This document shows, piece after piece, positions 36,101-43,485 of a stretch of 64,000 bases of DNA. A model generated the notes under the pieces. That model was not told the origin of the DNA. It saw only the letters and a program-made list of their open reading frames with translations, and ran no database searches. A program made the translations under genes and the position numbers. The first letter of the stretch is position 1. The number at the start of each line of letters is the position of its first letter. Source of the stretch: a virus. Its lineage: Duplodnaviria > Caudoviricetes. The stretch is from IMG/VR virus record IMGVR_UViG_3300042875_000410; one strand, given 5' to 3'.

Positions 36101-37988
36101 TAATGCCTTTTTGTTCTAGATTATTACTGACAATTTTAATGTTGCTATCACTGGCTGCTAACAAACGCTTTTTGATCTTGTCAGCATCGGGTCTTTCGTC
36201 TCCTGTGCTGTATTGTTTGAATACAAAAGGCACCAGTGTCATCTGCTTGCCTAGCTTTTTAGGATCGTAAGGAATATTGACAAATTTTAGTCCTTGGTCA
36301 GTTTGTTGTGCCATGGGATTATACATCATTTCTGCTTGTACAATAGTGTCTGCAGGTAGTGATTGTATAAACTTGCTACCGGTAATCAATGCCAGTGCAT
36401 TGTCATAATTCTTTGTTCTTGCCAATGTCTCTGCATCCTGACCTTTTTCTTGACCAAAGCTGGTAAAATAACCTACATCATCTTGATACAATGGAGTAGT
36501 CACTTTGCTGGTCATGAAGAACGGACGACCACTTTGATCTTTACCGAATCGAATGCCTGCGCCGTCTACTTTCAAACTGATAGGCACACCGTCAAGTTTG
36601 CCACCATTGTCTGCAATTGCCTTGGCAATTTCTAAGAAATCTGCATTCTTCATTTCTGCTGTACTTACACGACCATCTGGCAGTCTGTTGTACAGGTGTT
36701 TGATACCTTGGCGAGCATAGTCTGGCTTTGCTGCTACTTCTGCTGCGGCATCTTCTGCTACTTCGGTACTGAGTGCATTTCCTCGTTTGGCATTGAACTG
36801 GTCTGCATAGTCCATTGCCATCTTAACTGCTTCTTGTCTTAGGCCTTGAGCATTTGGTAAGTTTAGAGGCTTAACCCCTCCACCGCCTAGCAACATAGCA
36901 TCTACTGCGGCAAACTTAACATCACGATCTCGAGCTGGATCATCTTTAGTAATCATCTGTGCTCCGGGTCCAAATAGAATGTCTAGGAATGCACGAGTTA
37001 CGGATTCAATTTGTTCAGGTTCAAACGACTTGTTCATTAGCTGTAGTGTTCCTACAAAGCTACCTTGCAAGTTTCGATCAGCAACACCACGCTTACGACC
37101 GAAGTTCATCTGGAACTGTTGGTCTAAATTTTGAATATAGTCGCGGTCTTTTGGATCCAGCAGTTGCATAACAGGAATGCCGTCTTTTTCCATATGCTGT
37201 CCTGTAGCAGGATCGATGTATGGCTTATACTTTATGCTCATGCCGCCGCCCTGAGAACTGCTGACTGCAAAACTGTAGTCGCTGTCTGTAACGGGAGCAT
37301 CACTAATCTTAACACTTTTCTTAAGTACTCGGGCTACATACTTTTCACTGGACTGTGCATGTGTTAGAGCACGGTTGATATATTTGTGGAATACACCTTT
37401 AATACCAGCAGCCATGTCATCATAGTGACTACTATGACTGTAGGCAAACCATTCAGTTGGTGCATTTGTTTTAGCGTCATACGGACCTAATTCATAATCA
37501 ACTTGAATACGAACCTGCGGATCATCTAGCAACCAAATGCTTGATAACGAACTGTTAAATCCTAAGAATGTGCCGTTGCCAACTTTCTTACCAATAATAC
37601 TCTTTAACCAAGCAGTGACTTCATCGCCCATATCCTGGTCAATCTGCGTGTCGATGTCGCCAACTTTTGTTTTCTTTAGTTTGTTTAAGAAGTCCTGTGT
37701 ATTGATTCCCTTAACATCAAAGAATTGTAAGCTGCTACCACTGAGCATCTTTCCCGATGCCAATAGTTTTGGATCCCAAATATATTTGCCGTAGGCTGCT
37801 TTAAATGATTCGTTTTGTGCAGACAATAATTCTCGCAGTTGAGCCACCATGTGATCACGGTCGTGAATCTTTAGATCAATTTCTTCTGCTTCTTGATCAG
37901 CAGCACCTTGCCAACCTGGACTTTGACTTGATACATTGCCGCCTTCGAGCAATGGTTTTTTATTTCTGATTAGGTCGAACAACTGCAT
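33168..37988 (-). CDS. 1606-aa multidomain protein: Pol-beta-like NTase, ligase-like (KxDG) NTase, HIGH-family nucleotidyltransferase, then small cassette modules including a Cys-His-Asp domain
   Basis: LSGSS (82-86) and GDID (110-113); SLKVDG K473, QAEMMY, MEGVVV, FKV; GSFAGHLGH (731-734), VGEDR, ISFTKLR; GQC1218...H1279...D1292ARG; VAE/MSE/VDE linkers. Confidence 0.7.
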   Translation of the reverse strand: MQLFDLIRNKKPLLEGGNVSSQSPGWQGAADQEAEEIDLKIHDRDHMVAQLRELLSAQNESFKAAYGKYIWDPKLLASGKMLSGSSLQFFDVKGINTQDFLNKLKKTKVGDIDTQIDQDMGDEVTAWLKSIIGKKVGNGTFLGFNSSLSSIWLLDDPQVRIQVDYELGPYDAKTNAPTEWFAYSHSSHYDDMAAGIKGVFHKYINRALTHAQSSEKYVARVLKKSVKISDAPVTDSDYSFAVSSSQGGGMSIKYKPYIDPATGQHMEKDGIPVMQLLDPKDRDYIQNLDQQFQMNFGRKRGVADRNLQGSFVGTLQLMNKSFEPEQIESVTRAFLDILFGPGAQMITKDDPARDRDVKFAAVDAMLLGGGGVKPLNLPNAQGLRQEAVKMAMDYADQFNAKRGNALSTEVAEDAAAEVAAKPDYARQGIKHLYNRLPDGRVSTAEMKNADFLEIAKAIADNGGKLDGVPISLKVDGAGIRFGKDQSGRPFFMTSKVTTPLYQDDVGYFTSFGQEKGQDAETLARTKNYDNALALITGSKFIQSLPADTIVQAEMMYNPMAQQTDQGLKFVNIPYDPKKLGKQMTLVPFVFKQYSTGDERPDADKIKKRLLAASDSNIKIVSNNLEQKGINVSKIINPILNLDPKDKANKPAFDQAKQALSDAIINNPKLAGKDALGDNMEGVVVNMPNGQIFKVTSQQMKSAMAAKMAQPGAKRQGPLKTAVVAVGSFAGHLGHEDLFNETVKKANELGGDPYLFIGNAVGADDPIPTDVKVQTWHKLYPQYADNIGAVMQGGSLMQKVKHELISPQPGKPPKYDNIVIMVGEDRKDMPIAGALMKAVNKFPGYEHVKVGLETIPRTRPISFTKLRDVLKNPNATPEQQYAVWAQGFNAQQLGKDWILHLMDISRKGMGIVQQPAAAPQPVPVAEQRLFNALIRTQKTPMFENAPTSQMVRDLINPQGREAQKYAKFDSDREQRRAKMEKGALADRNSRKYSSEKDDWGNLKKEEFNSEYDDEAGMAQSNLRTMARAVDGLLKTIKNNDNLPEWGQEKIAKAEMMLVSVWDYLQSQKELGMDPKVNESRALAGLKQIVAELSNEKLGQYKKAAGAQASAADKAGNTKKADKRFSGIVKATKKQFANDTKGVAEGAPIVVAQSPIDVRNPKKAPQPYRNQGDIVPPTKPPSTEKRGVKGRPGQRPMPDYNVAEDADRAEAQADYMEGQCMVLAVAINQHNPKRYPIGYIWEYNMSAGAPDMQMDDDEWNDLSPEEQEEISNDISRHSVVHAYVRDQETNEYIDARGRHTALPNLWGRMGQTRFEEFPGSARELIDITAHGDWDEVGDQVNFKRGQPAFDSLAGPAGVKRALDYAVKYLGVVGPEQVQKPVTQGVELVDLDTDVNQNIYTLTVNGEEVSFTYWDSENNFENPNINDIYQQAKEQLGKKLSPKNVEEIARVVFKSFQQGMSEEVDEGLGSKLAGLGLAGAMALGSAGANARVTPGDDPNINRLTGKPNVTQVAPSDVKPAASAGFNKEWLQKAADPNRTGRYMISVEKAQELLNKMNAVDEAKKKGADGKACWKNYRYNGTENGKDKCVPVGEDVENIMGALIENLIRK

Positions 37989-37992
37989 TAAA

Positions 37993-38355
37993 TTATCCTA
38001 GATTGTATTTGTCTTTTTTAATATCTTCACGATAGTGATCGTATAGTCTCTTGCACATTTCTTCACGTAGGTCTTTGGGAAATACTTTGCCTAACTTGCC
38101 CTTCATTTCCTTGTACTCGTAATATTCTTTGCAACCTTTTTCCACCATGGGCATAAACAATTCCAGCACCATTTCTGGGCCACACTCTTTTAGAGTTTTA
38201 AGTTTTTTAGCAATAGGAAAGAAGTAGTCTTTGTGCAGTTTATCGTGGTCAACGATGTACCAGAAAAGATCATCGTCAAATTTTTCATCAGTTTGATCTT
38301 TTCTTTTGTTAGTGTTGAGGTCCATAGACCTACCGAAGAATTCTACTAGTTTCAT
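37993..38355 (-). CDS. Hypothetical protein heading the candidate head-protein operon
   Basis: Starts MKLVEFF; TAAATA 7 nt upstream. Confidence 0.55.
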   Translation of the reverse strand: MKLVEFFGRSMDLNTNKRKDQTDEKFDDDLFWYIVDHDKLHKDYFFPIAKKLKTLKECGPEMVLELFMPMVEKGCKEYYEYKEMKGKLGKVFPKDLREEMCKRLYDHYREDIKKDKYNLG

Positions 38356-38365
38356 AATCTAATAT

Positions 38366-39070
38366 TTACCCTTTTAACTTGGCTAAACCCAAAAACTCTA
38401 GCCCTTTAATGTACATCCAACCTATGTCAAATTCCCACCACTTCTGACTAAACTTAGGATTTGCGATATCTGCATGGTGATTATTGTGCAATTCCTCACC
38501 GCCGATCCATATGCCCCATGGCATTAAATTTTTACTCTTATCTTTAGTGTCAGTATTGCGATATCCCCACCAATGTGCTAGTCCGTTTATTACACCTGCT
38601 GCAAAAAAAGGTATCCACAACATCTGTACACCCCATACTAAGAATCCCCACCAACCAAATAACAACACGTCTATAACCAACATTACGAGAATACCCAATC
38701 GGTGATGGGGTGTATAAAGTGTACGTTCAATCCAGTCTTTAGGAGTACCCATTCCGTATTTCATAACCATGTCAGCATCACTGCCTGCTTGATTATAATA
38801 CTTGACTCCTCTAAATACTAAATTCCAAATACCAAACACATGCGGACTGTGTGGATCACCTTCTACGTCAGTATTTTGATGATGTTTACGATGTACTGCC
38901 ACCCATTGTTTAGTGGTCATACCTGTAGTGAGCCATAACCAGAAACGCATAGCGTGTGCCAGTACTGGGTGAAATTCAACGCCTCTGTGACTTTGACTGC
39001 GATGTAGATATAGTGTAACACACATTATAGTAATGTGTGTAAACAGTAACGTTATTAAAATTAAATTCAT
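38366..39070 (-). CDS. Delta-9-type membrane fatty acid desaturase
   Basis: His boxes HRSQSH, HRKHH and HNNHH; DPHSP; WWEFDIGW; transmembrane segments. Confidence 0.93.
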   Translation of the reverse strand: MNLILITLLFTHITIMCVTLYLHRSQSHRGVEFHPVLAHAMRFWLWLTTGMTTKQWVAVHRKHHQNTDVEGDPHSPHVFGIWNLVFRGVKYYNQAGSDADMVMKYGMGTPKDWIERTLYTPHHRLGILVMLVIDVLLFGWWGFLVWGVQMLWIPFFAAGVINGLAHWWGYRNTDTKDKSKNLMPWGIWIGGEELHNNHHADIANPKFSQKWWEFDIGWMYIKGLEFLGLAKLKG

Positions 39071-39074
39071 AGTG

Positions 39075-39091
39075 TATTTACCCTATAAATA
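39075..39091. promoter_or_regulatory. Back-to-back late-type promoters
   Basis: TAAATA on the - strand (39075-39080) and TATAAATA on the + strand (39084-39091) inside a 26-bp divergent gap. Confidence 0.6.
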
Positions 39092-39096
39092 TCATT

Positions 39097-39549
39097 ATGA
39101 GTATCAGCGACGACCCGCAATATTGGATCAACTTACAGTGGCCAGCGGCTCCTAATCAAGACGATTATTCTGTATTTTCTAGCTATTGTATAGGTCGTGT
39201 TTTACTGTTAGGTAGCACTCGACTGCTGTTGCCCTTGTGTACAGAAGCGTGGGACGTAAATCCTGTATATGATGACCCTAAAATCCAGTCTAGGGATTGG
39301 TTTACACTAGACAAACACTGGGATACTATTATCGTAGACGGTGCGTTAGCATTTGGTAAAGATTACTGCGAGCAGTTGTTAAAAGCAGTATTGCCAAACT
39401 GTGATCGTTTTATTGCCCGTAGTTTCCTAAACCCTAACTGGCCCACTAAGTATGCTCAATATTTTCCTAGAGCACACGAATTAACACCTGTTCCACAAGA
39501 ACACCCCATCAACGAAGTTTATACATTTTACATATGGAACAACAAGTAA
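39097..39549 (+). CDS. Hypothetical protein, possibly a minimal class I SAM-methyltransferase fold
   Basis: RVLLLGST (motif I-like) and DTIIVDG (motif IV-like). Confidence 0.4.
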   Translation: MSISDDPQYWINLQWPAAPNQDDYSVFSSYCIGRVLLLGSTRLLLPLCTEAWDVNPVYDDPKIQSRDWFTLDKHWDTIIVDGALAFGKDYCEQLLKAVLPNCDRFIARSFLNPNWPTKYAQYFPRAHELTPVPQEHPINEVYTFYIWNNK

Positions 39550-40124
39550 TATTAGCCATGTACTCAGGCGGCCTGGACAGCCTAGGTATGATCTACAAAC
39601 TGTTAACAGAACCCGAGTATAAACACTATGTTCTACACATACATCACATACACCATCACAATGTAGAACATAGAGATCGTGCTGAAGCTGTAGTTGTTGA
39701 CCGTGTGCTGAAAGAATTAGAAAGTATGGGCTATAGTTTTATCTTCAGTGAAAGTGAGATAGGCTCACAGCCCTACAATGGGCAGTTCATGTATGACACA
39801 GACAGCATCAACTTCTTTGCTGGCTATATTTGCTCTGTTAATCCACGTATTGTACGAGTTGCTATGGGGATGCAGGCCAACGATCATAACCATAGTTTAG
39901 AGGAACGCAGAATACGTGCCAATGCTATACTGACAGCATTTACACCTGTGGAGAAAATATATCCTGTGTTAGATATGACCAAGCGTGAAATATACGATAT
40001 GTTACCAGAAGGTTTGCGTAACATGTTTTGGTCGTGCCGGCGTCCAGTGTACAGTGAAAAAAATATCGCACCTTGTCTAAAGTGCGATACTTGTGTGAAA
40101 CTGCGTGAGCAGGGTATACGTTAA
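39534..40124 (+). CDS. QueC-like PP-loop ATPase with C-terminal Zn site
   Basis: MYSGGLDS, PVLDMTKREI, WSCR...PCLKCDTC; shorter than QueC and lacks the VPxRN motif. Confidence 0.7.
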   Translation: MEQQVILAMYSGGLDSLGMIYKLLTEPEYKHYVLHIHHIHHHNVEHRDRAEAVVVDRVLKELESMGYSFIFSESEIGSQPYNGQFMYDTDSINFFAGYICSVNPRIVRVAMGMQANDHNHSLEERRIRANAILTAFTPVEKIYPVLDMTKREIYDMLPEGLRNMFWSCRRPVYSEKNIAPCLKCDTCVKLREQGIR

Positions 40125-40126
40125 AC

Positions 40127-42523
40127 TTATACTGCTGTAAATGTTTTAGTCAACGGAACTAATGTAATCGCAGTTGATATTTTGTTAGTTGAACCATATT
40201 GGAATATTGGATCAGCATACAGTACTGTGTTTGTACCAGTACCGTTGATAGCACGATTTGAACCATCTCCAACAGGTATGTTGAATGTACACACACCAAA
40301 CTGCATGGATGCTGAACCACTCATTGTAATACCGTGAGTATCGGACCCTGCTCCAGTGTTGTTAAGAATAACTTCACCCATACCCCATTGTACTGAACCA
40401 CTTAGGGTAATAACAGAGCCAGTGTTGGCATCCAATGAACTTCTCAACATAGTTCCTAATGAATCGTTTGCTTGGTTAAGTACTTGTCCTGTACCGTTAG
40501 TTTCAAGATTGTTTATACTACAAAAGCCACGTTGGATATCTATTAGATATACAGAGCCACCGGCTCTAGCCATGGTACAATCATTCATTTCCACTCTGCT
40601 ACCTGTGCCAGTGTTATCCGCATAAACACAACTCTTAGTGGCGTTGCCTTGATAGCAGTATACATCGTTTAGGTAAAGTTTTGCTGGATTAGATCCAGTT
40701 AACTCGATACTGTGATACGTATCGTCGGTGCGAACGGCAATATTAAATAGGCCAAATCTATTAACGTTTATAGCGTTTGTGCCGGTGTTTGCCGGAGTGA
40801 TAGTAACATGTCCCTCAATCCAAATAGGTACATGGCCGGCATCGGGAGTTTCGCCACAGATAAAAATATTTCCACGAGTCAACGCCACATTCTCTGTGAT
40901 AGAACTCTTTAGGAAAATAAACTGTGGGTTATCAACGATAGAACCGTTTATGTCAATTACTAAACTAGTATCAGCAATCCTTGCTTCAATATAGGCCAAT
41001 GCCGACGCGATATTTTTGAAAGGTTTGTGTAAACTGCCATCAGCGGTGTATGTGCCCGTATTAGTTGGGTCGACAATCCATTGACTATCCGCTGTGTCGA
41101 TATATACACTAACGCCTTCACTGTCGAGGATATCGCCCGGTACTGTTAGAGTACCATCATTGCCAAATTCCCAAGTATTGCCACCAAGAACATCACCATT
41201 GGTGTAGCCACCTGTGATTACCTGTACAACTCCAGACTGTGTGGTTTCTGTGTAAGCACGGCCGCCTGTGATTCTAACATCGCCACCATAACTACTGCCT
41301 GCGGCATTCTCAACAGTTACATCGCCGCCGGTGATTTCCACAAATCCAGGATTGCCCGTGGTAGAAGTGTTAAAGTGAGCAACATTGCCCCCTTCAATCC
41401 TAACATAGCCACCTGTGTCGTTAAGGCCTTCGCCGCCGCGTAATTTAACATCGCCACCACTGCCGCCACCTTGGCCCCATCCTTCAGTGTTGCCGTTGGT
41501 GTCACCTCCAACTCCGCCCCAAATGTAAACATCGCCGCCTTCACCTGTGGTGCTGGTTGAGCCGTAGCCACGCTGGCCTTGGATCACAATACGTTGAGCG
41601 TTGGTGTTGTTTTCTGTAGCTGTCGGTCCTGTGACGATAACTTGATTTTCGCTGTCGTTGCTTAACTGTAGTGTTGGACCACTAAGGGTGGTAGTAACAT
41701 CGTAGCCCATATTAGATTTAGTTGGCAGAGTCAAGCCTTCCGGTAGTTCTAGACTGCCATCAAATCTAAATGTCCATGTGTAGTCAGTTGACGTGGTCTC
41801 TGTAGTAATCTCAATTCCGCTATTGGCAGGCATGTCAGCTTGGTTTACAAGTGTTAATTGAAATTCATTGCCTCCTGATATGTAAACATCGTCTGCGGCG
41901 TCTAACGTAATATCTCTTCCTGAACGAATAGTTATATCATCGTCGCCAGTGGCCATGCCAAAGTAACTGTTACTTTCACCAACACCGTTAACTATGTCCA
42001 ACCCAATGGTGTTGATGTAGTTGTAATTAAAATCAATGTCATCTATTGTTATAGGCTCTGGGTGTGCTGTAGCCAGTGTTATGGTGTACAATGGTGGATT
42101 ACCACTAGAGATTACATTGGTCACTGTTGATGCGAGATCATCAGTGTTGGGATTTATCACTAGGTTGATGTTGCTGTAATTATAGGGAAAGGCAAGATTG
42201 CCATCAAAATACTCCACCCATCTTGACAACAGATCATCGAGATACAGTCCAATATTATCTCCCATCTGTACAGCAATAGATCCAGTGGTATAGGCAAAAG
42301 TGTGTTCACTACCGTCGTTAAAATTATCTGAATAAGTTTTTTCTGCTGTTATTTTATTACCAGTACCACCAATGGATTCTAATCCGCTCCATACCGTTGT
42401 GCCATCACCAACTCTCAGTTGATTATTAGTAGTGTCGTAGCCTGCTTCACCTAAGGCCAGTACCGGATCGTTAGTAGTCCAATTAGCGGCTGTATCTCTA
42501 CGTAGTTTGATTCTTGTTGTCAT
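40127..42523 (-). CDS. Tail fibre / receptor-binding protein with Mtd_N-like N-terminus and Gly-rich GGxVxIxGG repeats
   Basis: RIKLRRDTAANWTTNDPVLALGEAGYDT...VGDGTTVWSGL; beta-helix-like C-terminus. Confidence 0.75.
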   Translation of the reverse strand: MTTRIKLRRDTAANWTTNDPVLALGEAGYDTTNNQLRVGDGTTVWSGLESIGGTGNKITAEKTYSDNFNDGSEHTFAYTTGSIAVQMGDNIGLYLDDLLSRWVEYFDGNLAFPYNYSNINLVINPNTDDLASTVTNVISSGNPPLYTITLATAHPEPITIDDIDFNYNYINTIGLDIVNGVGESNSYFGMATGDDDITIRSGRDITLDAADDVYISGGNEFQLTLVNQADMPANSGIEITTETTSTDYTWTFRFDGSLELPEGLTLPTKSNMGYDVTTTLSGPTLQLSNDSENQVIVTGPTATENNTNAQRIVIQGQRGYGSTSTTGEGGDVYIWGGVGGDTNGNTEGWGQGGGSGGDVKLRGGEGLNDTGGYVRIEGGNVAHFNTSTTGNPGFVEITGGDVTVENAAGSSYGGDVRITGGRAYTETTQSGVVQVITGGYTNGDVLGGNTWEFGNDGTLTVPGDILDSEGVSVYIDTADSQWIVDPTNTGTYTADGSLHKPFKNIASALAYIEARIADTSLVIDINGSIVDNPQFIFLKSSITENVALTRGNIFICGETPDAGHVPIWIEGHVTITPANTGTNAINVNRFGLFNIAVRTDDTYHSIELTGSNPAKLYLNDVYCYQGNATKSCVYADNTGTGSRVEMNDCTMARAGGSVYLIDIQRGFCSINNLETNGTGQVLNQANDSLGTMLRSSLDANTGSVITLSGSVQWGMGEVILNNTGAGSDTHGITMSGSASMQFGVCTFNIPVGDGSNRAINGTGTNTVLYADPIFQYGSTNKISTAITLVPLTKTFTAV

Positions 42524-42536
42524 TTATCTGCTCCGA

Positions 42537-42743
42537 TTATGCTGTTCCACCATCTAAGGTGATGTCTGTTGCTGTAGTGTAGGTCCAGGCTGAATCGCCA
42601 CCTTCTACATAGTATTTTGCTTGATTGTTGGTGATTGCCAGGCTAGACGACCAACGATCGCCGGTCCATGTGTAGGTTACTGCGTTGGTAGCCACATAAC
42701 TTTGGCCCACTGTGGGCGATGAGGGAAATGTTATTGCTGTCAT
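42537..42743 (-). CDS. Small virion accessory protein
   Basis: FPSSPTVGQSY...YTWTGDRW motif typical of fibre caps; TAAATA 6 nt upstream. Confidence 0.5.
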   Translation of the reverse strand: MTAITFPSSPTVGQSYVATNAVTYTWTGDRWSSSLAITNNQAKYYVEGGDSAWTYTTATDITLDGGTA

Positions 42744-42760
42744 AATGTGTATTTACCCTA

Positions 42761-43468
42761 TCATAGTCCGAATCTTGCCCGTAGAGCCGCATAGTTCTGT
42801 AGTTGTTCTGCTTCAGTTAGCACTCTATTGTATAGTAGGATAACAGCAAGTTTGCCTTTGAATCCTCTACTAAAGTAACCTTCCCCCCATACATAAGGAG
42901 TAGATCCCCATGATTGATTGGTTCTGGCGGCTCCTAGTATATTCCAACCTGTGACCAAATTCCCTGCTCCTGGAATAACAGTACCGTTTATGTAATAGTT
43001 AGTTGCTGTTAGATATGCCCAGTCAGCGTTGTTGCCTGGATTTTGTATACTCCATGGACTTGATCCGTTAGCATTACCAAATCGCATGGTACGGTCAGCA
43101 TCAACACCTAGTCCATATGCTAGATTAGCATCATCTACATTGTAACTGAAATCAGGTTGAAATACCAGTGTACAATCTTGATAGTTCTGTGATAGGCTTG
43201 ATGTCATACAATTTGCCGAGTCGCCATCAAATATAAAGTAACTAGAAGTACCGCTGTTGACAAATCCCACGGTCCCATTTAATGAAGCATCAGCACCTTG
43301 ACCACTTATATCAAACCATGTGGCAGATTGCGAGCCTGGATAACTGGCTGTGATGCCTGCATCTAGATGAGCGATAAGGCCGTCTGTGACAATGGGCGGA
43401 GGCGGCGTGTGACCCCTCAGTGTAACACCGTTGCTGATAGTCTGTGCTGATCTAATAGTTATTGACAT
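42761..43468 (-). CDS. ConA/LamG-like lectin domain virion protein
   Basis: VTDGLIAHLDAG...SYPG...WFDISG; FKGKLAVILLYNRVLTEAEQLQNY. Confidence 0.8.
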   Translation of the reverse strand: MSITIRSAQTISNGVTLRGHTPPPPIVTDGLIAHLDAGITASYPGSQSATWFDISGQGADASLNGTVGFVNSGTSSYFIFDGDSANCMTSSLSQNYQDCTLVFQPDFSYNVDDANLAYGLGVDADRTMRFGNANGSSPWSIQNPGNNADWAYLTATNYYINGTVIPGAGNLVTGWNILGAARTNQSWGSTPYVWGEGYFSRGFKGKLAVILLYNRVLTEAEQLQNYAALRARFGL

Positions 43469-43485
43469 ACTTTTATTTTACCGTT

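Noticed and set aside
40127-43468. Diversity-generating retroelement targeting the Mtd_N-like fibre
   Set aside because: No reverse transcriptase and no template/variable repeat pair differing at adenines were seen in the window.
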